64,000 bases of DNA from a bacterium. Its GTDB lineage: Bacteria; Patescibacteriota; Patescibacteriia; UBA1558; UBA10009. The position numbers were made by a program, and so were the translations under genes. Below the pieces are notes generated by a model, which did no database searches, was not told where the DNA came from, and saw nothing but the letters and a program-made list of their open reading frames with translations. The stretch lies in assembly GCA_018672055.1 (NCBI GenBank), contig JABHGM010000001.1:72884-136883 (forward strand), read 5' to 3'. This document shows positions 28,889-38,018 of the stretch, piece after piece. The first letter of the stretch is position 1. Every line of letters starts with the position of its first letter.

Positions 28889-31266
28889 ACTACTAAGTTT
28901 ATTAATTTATTAGGAACATATATAAACTTTTTAATTTCATTACCATCAATAAACTTTTTAATCTTAGGTAAATCTAAAGCTTGTTTTTTAATATCTTTTT
29001 CAGAAATACCTCTATTTACAATAATCGTATCTCTTAACTTACCATTAACTTGGATAGCAATAGTAATTTTATCATCAATAATTAACTTCTCATCATACTT
29101 AGGCCACTTATTATTAAAAATTGTTTCTTTATTACCAATTTCTTCATTTATTTCTTCACATATATGCGGAGCAAAAGGAGCAAGTAATATTAAAAACTTA
29201 TTTAAACTATCCTTAGTTATATTTAACTTAGTAACTGTATTCATAAATTCCATCATTGAAGCAATGGCTGTATTAAAACTTAAATTCTCAATGTCTTCAG
29301 TAACCTTTTTAATAGTTTTATGTAATATCTTAGTAACTTCTTCATCATCTTTATCTGCTTCTTTCAAATTAGTACTATACTTATAAACTTTTTCTAAAAA
29401 TCTTCTAATACCAATAATGCCTCTCTTATTCCAAGGCTTAGAATCTTCTAAAGGTCCCATAAACATTTCATACATTCTCAAAGTATCAGCGCCAAATTCA
29501 TCAACTACATCATCTGGATTAATTACATTACCCCAACGCTTACTCATCTTACGAGAATCTTCAGCAAGTATTAATCCTTGATTTCTTATCTTAGTAAAAG
29601 GTTCATCAAAATTTAAATAGCCTTGATCTCTTAAAAACTTAGTAATAAATCTAGAATAAATTAAATGACCTACTGCATGTTCCATACCACCTATATATAA
29701 ATCAACTGGTAGCCAATACTTTAAACTTTTTTTACTAAAAGGTTCTTTATTATTACTAGCATCACAATATCTTAAAAAATACCAAGAAGAACAAACAAAT
29801 GTATCCATGGTATCTACCTCTCTCTTAGCCTTATCACCACATTTAGGACATTTAACATCGTGAAATGTTTTAGAATCAACTAACGGAGACTGACCAGTTG
29901 GCTTAAAATCAACGTCATCTGGTAATATAACTGGTAAATTCTTTTCGGGAACAGGTACAGTGCCACAGGCATCACAATAAATAATAGGTATAGGTGAACC
30001 CCAATATCTTTGCCTAGAAACTAACCAATCACGTATCTTATATTGTGTCTCTAAATAGCCATCTACCTTATTAGTTATTTTTTTAATAGCTTCACTAGAA
30101 GTTAAGCCATCAAATTTATCACTATTTATTAATATACCATCTCCAGTAAATAATTCTTCTTTATTATCGTCTGACTTAATTACATCAATAATTTCTAAAT
30201 TATATTTCTTGGCAAATTCATAATCGCGCTCATCATGAGCTGGAACTGCCATAATAGCTCCTGTACCATAATTTGTTAATACATAATCTGCAATATATAT
30301 AGGTATTTCTTTGTCATTTGCAGGATTTATAGCAATCAAACCTTTTAATTTAATGCCTGATTTTTCTTTATTCAGATCCGTTCTCTCTAAATTACTTTTT
30401 GATTTAGATTTTTCTATATATTTTTCTACTTCTTTAAAATTTTCTATGTTACCTTTTAACTTATTTACTAATTCATGCTCTGGAGCTAAAACCATATAGG
30501 TTGCCCCAAATAGAGTATCGGGTCTAGTTGTAAAAACTTCAATTTGATCATCGGTTGTTAATACTTTAAATTTAAGTCTAGCGCCTTCTGACTTACCTAT
30601 CCAATTTTTTTGAGTCGTCTTTAAAGCTTGTGACCAATCTAGGCCATCTATCTTTTCTAAAAGCTCTTCAACATATTCTGTTGTTTTAAAAAACCATTGA
30701 TTTAAATCTTTTTGAATAACATCATTTTCGCATCTTTCACATTTACCCTGAACTACTTGTTCATTAGCTAAAACCGTCTTACAAGAATCACACCAATTAA
30801 CAGGTGCTTTCTTTTTATAAGCTAAATCTTTTTCATAAAGCTTAAGAAATAACCATTGAGTCCATTTATAATAATCAGGTGATGAAGTATTTACTTCACG
30901 ACTCCAATCATATGAAAAACCTAAAGATTTAATTTGTCTTTTAAATGTTTTGATATTTTCTTTAGTCTTTTCTCTTGGATGAACGCCTTCTTTAATTGCA
31001 AAGTTTTCAGCAGGTAAACCAAAAGAATCCCAACCCATTGGTTGCAATACATTAAAACCTTGAAACCTATAATACCTACTAGCTATATCAGTAGCTGTAT
31101 AACCTTCTGGATGTCCAACATGAAGACCATCACCTGAAGGATATGGAAACATACCAAGAATATACTTCTTCTTACCTTTGCCATTTTCAACTCGATTAAT
31201 TTCTAGTTGATCCCACTTAGCTTGCCATTTTTTCTCTATTTTTTGATGATTGTAATATGTAGTCAT
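28885..31266 (-). CDS. leuS: Leucine--tRNA ligase
   Basis: MFPYPSG.GLHVGH, TTRPDTLFG and KMSKR motifs. Confidence 0.97.
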   Translation of the reverse strand: MTTYYNHQKIEKKWQAKWDQLEINRVENGKGKKKYILGMFPYPSGDGLHVGHPEGYTATDIASRYYRFQGFNVLQPMGWDSFGLPAENFAIKEGVHPREKTKENIKTFKRQIKSLGFSYDWSREVNTSSPDYYKWTQWLFLKLYEKDLAYKKKAPVNWCDSCKTVLANEQVVQGKCERCENDVIQKDLNQWFFKTTEYVEELLEKIDGLDWSQALKTTQKNWIGKSEGARLKFKVLTTDDQIEVFTTRPDTLFGATYMVLAPEHELVNKLKGNIENFKEVEKYIEKSKSKSNLERTDLNKEKSGIKLKGLIAINPANDKEIPIYIADYVLTNYGTGAIMAVPAHDERDYEFAKKYNLEIIDVIKSDDNKEELFTGDGILINSDKFDGLTSSEAIKKITNKVDGYLETQYKIRDWLVSRQRYWGSPIPIIYCDACGTVPVPEKNLPVILPDDVDFKPTGQSPLVDSKTFHDVKCPKCGDKAKREVDTMDTFVCSSWYFLRYCDASNNKEPFSKKSLKYWLPVDLYIGGMEHAVGHLIYSRFITKFLRDQGYLNFDEPFTKIRNQGLILAEDSRKMSKRWGNVINPDDVVDEFGADTLRMYEMFMGPLEDSKPWNKRGIIGIRRFLEKVYKYSTNLKEADKDDEEVTKILHKTIKKVTEDIENLSFNTAIASMMEFMNTVTKLNITKDSLNKFLILLAPFAPHICEEINEEIGNKETIFNNKWPKYDEKLIIDDKITIAIQVNGKLRDTIIVNRGISEKDIKKQALDLPKIKKFIDGNEIKKFIYVPNKLINLVV

Positions 31267-31386
31267 ATTTACTTTATTCTAGCTAAAAATCAAGATAATT
31301 TCAAGACAAGCTTATTAAATTATAAATTGACCAAAACAGCATATTATGGTACTTTTAAAACCAGTTAAAAAATTAACTAAAAACAT

Positions 31387-32712
31387 ATATCCTCTGAATT
31401 AAAACAGAAAGTATTAACTGGCATAGTTAAAGCCATAAAAAGCTTAACTAATCTAAAAAGCCCTTTTAAAATATTAGGTAAGTTACTTATTAAACCTTTT
31501 TTAGTTATTTATAAGATATTCTTTCATATAATAATACTGCCTTTATATAAAATAAAAAGATTATTTAAAAAGAAAAAAGATGTAGTTAAAGAAGATAAAT
31601 TAATTAGCTATAACTACTCTCTTTACTTGCCTTTAATTATTATACTATTAATTAGTTCAACCGGCTTTATTTCAAATTTAAAAGCTAAAGAAGTTAGACC
31701 AGAAAACTATGGTAAAACCAATATTCTATTTAATATGATAGCCCAAGATGAACTTTTCTTAGAAGATGAAGAATCATATGAAGAAATAATAGAAGGTCCT
31801 CTACCTCAAGAAACTACACAAACTTCTTATTTAGAAGGTGAAGTATTAATATCAGATAACGAAGTTTTAGAAGAAGATGAAGGTATTGATACTTTAGTAA
31901 CCACAACTTCGGATTCAGCTAGTTTAATTTCACCTGAAATTACAGATCCTGAAGTAGTTACTAAAAAGCGCGATAAGGTTATTGATTACGTAGTTCAAAT
32001 TGGTGATACTATAAGTACTATTGCTCAAAAATTTAGTATTTCTACCAATTCCATACTTTGGGAAAATAGCTTAAGCTACTATTCAACAATTAAACCTGGT
32101 CAAACTTTAAAAATATTACCTACCTCTGGTATTAATTACAAAATAAAAAGTGGAGACACTATACAAAAGATAGTTAAAAAATATGGCGGTAGCACTAAAG
32201 AAATTATTGAATTCAATAAATTAACAGATGCTTCAGATATAGTAATAGGTCAAGAAATAATAATTCCTAGTGGTAAAAAACCAGTTAGTTACCCAGTTCG
32301 ACCTTCTAATCCAACTAATACATCTTTTTCTCAGGCAACCACAGTTAGTAATGCTAAATTACAATGGCCAACTAATTCATCTAGAATTACTCAATATTAT
32401 GGTTGGCGACATACTGGTTTAGATATTGGTAATAAGACAGGTCAGCCAATTTATGCATCTGAGTCTGGTAAAATTACCAAAGCCGGTTGGAATAGAGGTG
32501 GCTATGGTTATTATATTATGATTAATCATGGCGGTGGACTTGAAACACTATATGCTCATTTATCAAGAATAGATGTTAAGATAGGTCAAAACGTAAGTCG
32601 TGGACAAGTAATTGGTGGTATTGGCTCTACAGGTAGATCAACTGGACCACATATTCACTTTGAAGTTAGAGTTAATAATAGAAGAAGTAACCCGCTTAGT
32701 TATATAAGATAA
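31387..32712 (+). CDS. LysM-LysM-M23 peptidase; track start is TTG 31627 but the frame is open from 31381
   Basis: Two LysM domains (YVVQIGDT, YKIKSGDT); M23 motifs H.G.D, YAHL and TGPHIHFE. Start is uncertain, possibly ATA 31387. Confidence 0.85.
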   Translation: MSSELKQKVLTGIVKAIKSLTNLKSPFKILGKLLIKPFLVIYKIFFHIIILPLYKIKRLFKKKKDVVKEDKLISYNYSLYLPLIIILLISSTGFISNLKAKEVRPENYGKTNILFNMIAQDELFLEDEESYEEIIEGPLPQETTQTSYLEGEVLISDNEVLEEDEGIDTLVTTTSDSASLISPEITDPEVVTKKRDKVIDYVVQIGDTISTIAQKFSISTNSILWENSLSYYSTIKPGQTLKILPTSGINYKIKSGDTIQKIVKKYGGSTKEIIEFNKLTDASDIVIGQEIIIPSGKKPVSYPVRPSNPTNTSFSQATTVSNAKLQWPTNSSRITQYYGWRHTGLDIGNKTGQPIYASESGKITKAGWNRGGYGYYIMINHGGGLETLYAHLSRIDVKIGQNVSRGQVIGGIGSTGRSTGPHIHFEVRVNNRRSNPLSYIR

Positions 32713-32787
32713 GCCCCTGTGGTGAAATGGATATCACGTTTGGCTTCGGACCAAAAATTTTAGGTTCAACTCCTGACGGGGGCACCA
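32713..32787 (+). tRNA. tRNA-Arg (TCG)
   Basis: GCCCCTG/CGGGGGC acceptor stem with encoded CCA; anticodon arm TTTGG-CTTCGGA-CCAAA; T-loop TTCAACT. Confidence 0.92.
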
Positions 32788-32809
32788 AATTAATAAAATA
32801 AAAAAATAT

Positions 32810-33001
32810 ATGAAAAAAATTATATTTTCCCTACTATTACTTTTACCAACTATGGTAAAAGCTCATACTAATATAAATGAAGTTCATGATCATTTTCATA
32901 GATACTTAAATCATTCCGTACTTGGTATTGAACACATTATTTTATTAGTTGCTCTTAGTTTATCGCTAATTGTTATATATAAAAAAATAGTAAAAAATTA
33001 G
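32810..33001 (+). CDS. Small His-rich membrane peptide resembling the N-terminus of HupE/UreJ
   Basis: Signal peptide ending KA-HT, then HDHFH and H-S-V-L-G-I-E-H followed by a TM segment. Confidence 0.55.
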   Translation: MKKIIFSLLLLLPTMVKAHTNINEVHDHFHRYLNHSVLGIEHIILLVALSLSLIVIYKKIVKN

Positions 33002-33005
33002 ATAT

Positions 33006-33042
33006 AAAAAAATTCGCTATTTAGTAAAGTAACGAATTTTTT
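33006..33042. terminator. Bidirectional terminator
   Basis: AAAAAATTCG...CGAATTTTTT between convergent genes. Confidence 0.7.
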
Positions 33043-33049
33043 ATTTATC

Positions 33050-34084
33050 TTATATTTTAGGTAAATTCTGGGTATAATAATTTGCTGTTTCTTCATTAAT
33101 TATTTCATCTTTTAAAAGTCTAGTTAAATCTTGTTCTAAAGTAATCATCCCATCATCAGCACTAGTTTGAATGGCTGTTTTAATTTGAGGTATCTTATTC
33201 TCACGAATAATATTTGATATAGCTGGTGTATTAATTAATATTTCACGAGCAGCAACTCTTCCACCACCAATGCTAGGTAATAATTGTTGACTAATCACTC
33301 CATTCAAAGACATAGAAAGTTGTAACCTGACCTGATTCTGTTGATAGGGAGGAAAAACATCTACAATACGATCGATAGTTTGTCCTGCATTATGTGTATG
33401 CAAAGTAGCAATTACTAAATGACCTGTTTCAGCTAGAGTTAATGTAGCGGCTATTGTTTCTAAGTCCCTCATCTCACCTATCATTATAACATTTGGATCT
33501 TGTCTTAAAACATGTTTTAATGCAGATTCAAAACTAACCATATCTGTACCCAACTGTCTTTGCCTAATAATACTTTTTTCAGGAGTAAAAATAAATTCAA
33601 TGGGATCTTCTAAAGTTATAATATTAGCTACTCTTTCAGAGTTTATTAAATTAATCATAGCAGCTAAAGAAGTAGACTTACCACAACCAGTTGGACCTGT
33701 CACTAAAATTAAACCTTGATGAGCTCTAGTCATTTCATAGACTACTTGAGGCATACTAAGCTCATCCATACTTGGCATTTCTGCATTAATAATACGAGCA
33801 GCTAAAGATAAATTATCTTTCTCTTTAAAAACGTTTACCCTAAACCTTGAACCATCTTCCGTTTCATATGAAAAATCTAAATCTTTTTTTACAAGAAATT
33901 TTTCTTTTTGTTCAGGAGTAAGTAAACTTAATATACTTTTTTCAACATCTTGCTTATTAAGCTCTGTACCTTTTATTGGTTTAAGTTCACCATCAATTCT
34001 AAGCATTACTGGCTTATCAACTATTAAGTGAATATCTGAAGCTTTTTTAGCTACTGCATTTTTAAACTGTTCATTTATATTCAT
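33050..34084 (-). CDS. pilT: Type IV pilus retraction ATPase
   Basis: GPTGCGKSTS, LEDPIEF, LRQDP..I.IGEMRD, AETGHLV..TLHT and SNIIRE (AIRNLIRE-like). Confidence 0.93.
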   Translation of the reverse strand: MNINEQFKNAVAKKASDIHLIVDKPVMLRIDGELKPIKGTELNKQDVEKSILSLLTPEQKEKFLVKKDLDFSYETEDGSRFRVNVFKEKDNLSLAARIINAEMPSMDELSMPQVVYEMTRAHQGLILVTGPTGCGKSTSLAAMINLINSERVANIITLEDPIEFIFTPEKSIIRQRQLGTDMVSFESALKHVLRQDPNVIMIGEMRDLETIAATLTLAETGHLVIATLHTHNAGQTIDRIVDVFPPYQQNQVRLQLSMSLNGVISQQLLPSIGGGRVAAREILINTPAISNIIRENKIPQIKTAIQTSADDGMITLEQDLTRLLKDEIINEETANYYTQNLPKI

Positions 34085-34230
34085 AATTATTAAATAAAGT
34101 ATTAGTATTTAAATTATAGCATAAATAGTAAAAAACGTCTTGACTTTTTGCTTTAAGTGTGCTATACTGTATTTATGACATACCAAAAAGAGGTATGTTT
34201 TCATATATATAAAATAAAAACAAAAAAATT

Positions 34231-34650
34231 ATGCGAAATTTTAAAAAGTCATGTCAGAAGTCATGCAAAAAGTGTAAAAAATATTTATGCCAAGAAATCA
34301 AGTTTAATCTTGATAAATGTCATGAGTATTTATTACGTAGTACTTATGTATTATGTGCCTGCTTAGTAGTATATTCACTACTTATGCTCAACGGCGTACT
34401 AGCTACAAGTAATGAGAGCTTTGTCTCTAAAACAAATAACTATATAGCTTATGCCGCAGAAGACATATGGATGGATACAGTTATCTTCTCTGAAAAAACC
34501 GGAGAAGCATATAATAAGCTACAGAGCATAACAATTAATACAGCAGTCCGTAGCATGACTAAACTAATAGTTAAAACTGGAGACATTCTAGCTGAAATTC
34601 CTGATATTCTAACAGCTCCTCCACCCCAAGTAATGGCCCGAGGCTCATAA
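34231..34650 (+). CDS. Hypothetical single-TM protein with a Cys/Lys-rich N-terminus
   Basis: 139-aa ORF after promoter TTGACT-N17-TATACT (about 34140-34168) and a leader hairpin. Confidence 0.6.
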   Translation: MRNFKKSCQKSCKKCKKYLCQEIKFNLDKCHEYLLRSTYVLCACLVVYSLLMLNGVLATSNESFVSKTNNYIAYAAEDIWMDTVIFSEKTGEAYNKLQSITINTAVRSMTKLIVKTGDILAEIPDILTAPPPQVMARGS

Positions 34651-34679
34651 TTGACTTTAACTACAATTTAACATATACT
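34651..34679 (+). promoter_or_regulatory. valS promoter
   Basis: TTGACT-17-TATACT. Confidence 0.7.
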
Positions 34680-34714
34680 GAGGATACAACTTACAAAAGT
34701 GTATCCTCTTTTTA

Positions 34715-34872
34715 TAGGATAGCTTTGAGAATAATGTCACTCAAAGAAACTGCTAAAAGAAACCAAATAAATGGAAGTAGACTTAGCCGGGTTCGCCCGT
34801 AATAGCGAAGACTTAAGTAAAAGTTAAGGTGGTACCGCCAGAGATGGCCCTTTAAACAGAAGGGCTTTTTAT
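34715..34872 (+). promoter_or_regulatory. T-box riboswitch (transcriptional) upstream of valS
   Basis: Antiterminator AAGG-TGGTACC-GCC-AGAGAT-GGC-CCTT; alternative terminator GCCCTT-TAAACAG-AAGGGC-TTTTT; Stem IIA/B pseudoknot; Val codon GTC in a short upstream hairpin loop. Confidence 0.9.
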
Positions 34873-34890
34873 TTATCTTAAAATAACTAT

Positions 34891-37800
34891 ATGAAAGATT
34901 TACCAAAAATATATAATTCAAAAAGTTTTGAAGACAAAATATACTTGAAATGGGAAGAGTCTGGATTTTTTAATCCAGATAATTTACCAGAAAGAAATAA
35001 AAAATCTTTCACTATTTCTCTACCACCACCTAATGTAACGGGTCAGTTACATTTAGGTCACGCTGCTATGCTCGCCTATCAAGATACTATGACTAGATAT
35101 CATAGATTAATTGGTGATAAAACATTATGGTTGCCAGGCATGGATCATGCAGCCATAGCTACTCAATCTGTTGTAGAAAAAAAATTAAATAAAAAGAAAA
35201 AAACAAGACATGATTTAGGTAGAGAAAAATTCTTGAAAGAAGTAAATAATTTTGCTGAAGACTCTAAAAAAACAATTAGAAACCAAATCAAAAAGATGGG
35301 TTCTTCTTTAGACTGGTCTAGAGAACACTTTACCTTAGATGAAGACCTTTCAATTGCGGTCAAAACTGTTTTTAAAAAAATGTATGATGATGGATTAATA
35401 TATAAAGGTGATCGAGTAGTTAATTGGTGCCCTACGTGTCAATCAACTTTAGCTGATGATGAAGTAGAATATGTCGAGAAAAAAGCACCTTTCTATTATT
35501 TTAAATATGGTCCAGTAATAATTGGTACAGCACGTCCTGAAACTAAATTTAGTGACAAAGTAATAATAGTTCACCCTAAAGATAAGAGATATAAAGATAT
35601 AATAGGTAAAGAATTTAACGTTGAATGGATTGAAGGCAAAATTAAAGCTAAAGTAATTGCTGATATAATTGCTGATATGGAAATTGGTACTGGTGCTATG
35701 ACCATTACTCCAGCTCACAGTATGGTTGATTTTGAACTAGCACAGAAATATGATCTAAAAGTTGAAAAAATTATTGATAAAGATGGTAAGTTAACATCTG
35801 CTGCTGGCTCTATGGCTGGCCTGGACGTTGAAAAAGCTAGAAAAAAAGTAGTTGAAATACTAGATAAAAAAGGTTTAGTTCATGAAATAGATAATAACTA
35901 TACTCATAACCTGTCAATCTGCTATAGATGTTCTACTCCCATAGAACCACTCCCCTCCAAACAATGGTTTGTTGATGTAAATAAGAAAGTACCTGGTAGA
36001 AATAAATCACTCAAACAATTAGCTTCAGAAGTAGTAGAAAGCGGGGAAATTAAAATGATACCTAATAGATTTAATAAAACATATTTCCAATGGATGGATA
36101 ATTTAAGAGATTGGTGTATTAGTAGACAAATCTGGTATGGTCACAGAATCCCTGTTTGGTATAAAGAGCCAATAGAGATAACATACTTTGTTCATGGTAC
36201 AACCCCTGATAATGAAAAAAGTATAGCCACTGGTCTAAATGATGTAAGTCTTTCTGAATTAGGCATAAAACAATCAAAAGAACTTAAAAAAACTTTAAAA
36301 GATAAGAAGTTTGATGTAATAATAACTTCTGATCTAAAAAGAGCTACTGAATCAGCGAATTATGCTTTTGGTAAAGATTATATAACTGATAAACGTTTAA
36401 GAGAAATTAATTATGGTGATATGACAGGTAAGTCTTCTAAGGAAGTATATGATTTAAAGAAAGAAACTATTAATGAACCTTACCCTAACGGAGAAAGTCA
36501 TAAAAATGTTGAAAAAAGAATGCGAGATTTAATAGATGATATTTCTAAAAAATATAAAGGTAAAAAAATAGCTATTATAGCTCATCAAGCAACTCAACAA
36601 GCTCTAGATGTTATACTGAAAGGAAAAACCTGGAAACAGGCCTTTGATGAAGATTGGAGAAACACAAAAGCTTGGCAACCAGGCTGGAAATATAAAATAG
36701 AAACTGATGATGAAACATATGTTGGTTTAGAAACTCCAAAAGGAAAAGATTGGATTCAAGATGAAGACACGCTAGATACTTGGTTTTCTTCTTCATTATG
36801 GACGTTTAGTACTTTAGGCTGGCCAGAAAAAACAAATGATTTAAAAACATTCCATCCTACTCAAGTAATGGAAACTGGTTATGATATACTATTTTTCTGG
36901 GTAGCTCGTATGATAATCATGTCTACTTATGTATTAGAAGAAATACCATTTCATAATGTTTACTTACACGGTTTAATCAGAGATAAAGAAGGTAAAAAAA
37001 TGTCTAAGAGCCTAGGAAATGGTATTGACCCTCTTGAAATGATAGATAAATATGGAGCTGATGCCTTAAGACTCTCTATGATTGTTGGTAGCACTCCTGG
37101 TAATGATTTAAGATTATATGAAGAAAAGATTCAAGGTTATAGGAATTTCATAAATAAACTATGGAATATTTCTAGATATATACTAACTACTGTTAAAAAG
37201 GTAGAACAAATTAAAAAAGAAGATCTTGAACCTCAAACAATGGCTGATTATTGGATTCTAAATCAATTAAATAATATAATTGATAATACTACGGATAATT
37301 TAGAAAATTTCAAATTTTCTCAAGCTGGCGAAGAATTATATGAATTTACTTGGAATAAACTAGCTAATTGGTATATAGAAATAGCTAAGATAGAAGGAAA
37401 TAAAGATAAAATATTATTATATATCCTAGAAAAACTATTAATCCTATGGCACCCAATGTGTCCCTTTATTAGTGAAGTAATTTGGGAACAATTTAATAGT
37501 AAAGAATTACTTATAATAAGTAACTGGCCAAATAAATTAAAATTAAAAGAAAAAGAAGTAAAAGAATTTGATTTGATTCAAGAAATTATTAGTGCTATAA
37601 GAAATGCTAGGGCTGAACATAAAGCTAATACTAAAAAAACATACAGTTGCTCTATTTCAACAAAAAATCAAAAGCTAATTGAAGATAATAAAGAAATAAT
37701 TGAAAAACTAGGAAAAGTAAAAATTACACCTAAATCACCAGGTATAAAATTAAATGTAAATAATGTGGATATAATACTAGATATTAATGAAAGTCCTGAA

Positions 37801-37971
37801 GTAAAAAAGAATAAAGAAAAAAGTATTATTAATTTAGAAAGATATATTGGAATTCAAGAAAATAAATTAAAAAATAAATCTTTTTCTAAAAATGCACCCC
37901 CAGATGTAATATTAAAAGAAGAAGAAAAGTTAAAACAAGCAAAAGTAGAATTAGAAAAACTAACTAGTTAA
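34891..37971 (+). CDS. valS: Valine--tRNA ligase with an inserted histidine-phosphatase domain
   Basis: PPPNVTG.LHLGH, DWCISRQIWYGHRIP, DTWFSS and KMSKS motifs; insert of about 180 aa with FVHG..SDLKRA..RLREI.YG..GES..IAH. Confidence 0.96.
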   Translation: MKDLPKIYNSKSFEDKIYLKWEESGFFNPDNLPERNKKSFTISLPPPNVTGQLHLGHAAMLAYQDTMTRYHRLIGDKTLWLPGMDHAAIATQSVVEKKLNKKKKTRHDLGREKFLKEVNNFAEDSKKTIRNQIKKMGSSLDWSREHFTLDEDLSIAVKTVFKKMYDDGLIYKGDRVVNWCPTCQSTLADDEVEYVEKKAPFYYFKYGPVIIGTARPETKFSDKVIIVHPKDKRYKDIIGKEFNVEWIEGKIKAKVIADIIADMEIGTGAMTITPAHSMVDFELAQKYDLKVEKIIDKDGKLTSAAGSMAGLDVEKARKKVVEILDKKGLVHEIDNNYTHNLSICYRCSTPIEPLPSKQWFVDVNKKVPGRNKSLKQLASEVVESGEIKMIPNRFNKTYFQWMDNLRDWCISRQIWYGHRIPVWYKEPIEITYFVHGTTPDNEKSIATGLNDVSLSELGIKQSKELKKTLKDKKFDVIITSDLKRATESANYAFGKDYITDKRLREINYGDMTGKSSKEVYDLKKETINEPYPNGESHKNVEKRMRDLIDDISKKYKGKKIAIIAHQATQQALDVILKGKTWKQAFDEDWRNTKAWQPGWKYKIETDDETYVGLETPKGKDWIQDEDTLDTWFSSSLWTFSTLGWPEKTNDLKTFHPTQVMETGYDILFFWVARMIIMSTYVLEEIPFHNVYLHGLIRDKEGKKMSKSLGNGIDPLEMIDKYGADALRLSMIVGSTPGNDLRLYEEKIQGYRNFINKLWNISRYILTTVKKVEQIKKEDLEPQTMADYWILNQLNNIIDNTTDNLENFKFSQAGEELYEFTWNKLANWYIEIAKIEGNKDKILLYILEKLLILWHPMCPFISEVIWEQFNSKELLIISNWPNKLKLKEKEVKEFDLIQEIISAIRNARAEHKANTKKTYSCSISTKNQKLIEDNKEIIEKLGKVKITPKSPGIKLNVNNVDIILDINESPEVKKNKEKSIINLERYIGIQENKLKNKSFSKNAPPDVILKEEEKLKQAKVELEKLTS

Positions 37972-37979
37972 TATAATAC

Positions 37980-38008
37980 AAAAATCCAGAGTTAAATCTC
38001 TGGATTTT
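37980..38008. terminator. Bidirectional terminator between valS and pilB
   Basis: AAAATCCAGAG-TTAAAT-CTCTGGATTTT. Confidence 0.8.
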
Positions 38009-38018
38009 ATAATATATA

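Noticed and set aside
32713-33001. Integrated element at tRNA-Arg (likewise tRNA-Glu)
   Set aside because: No integrase and no duplicated tRNA 3' end was noticed in the window.
34712-34921. 69-aa minus-strand ORF
   Set aside because: It overlaps the T-box leader and the valS start; the RNA element explains the sequence.
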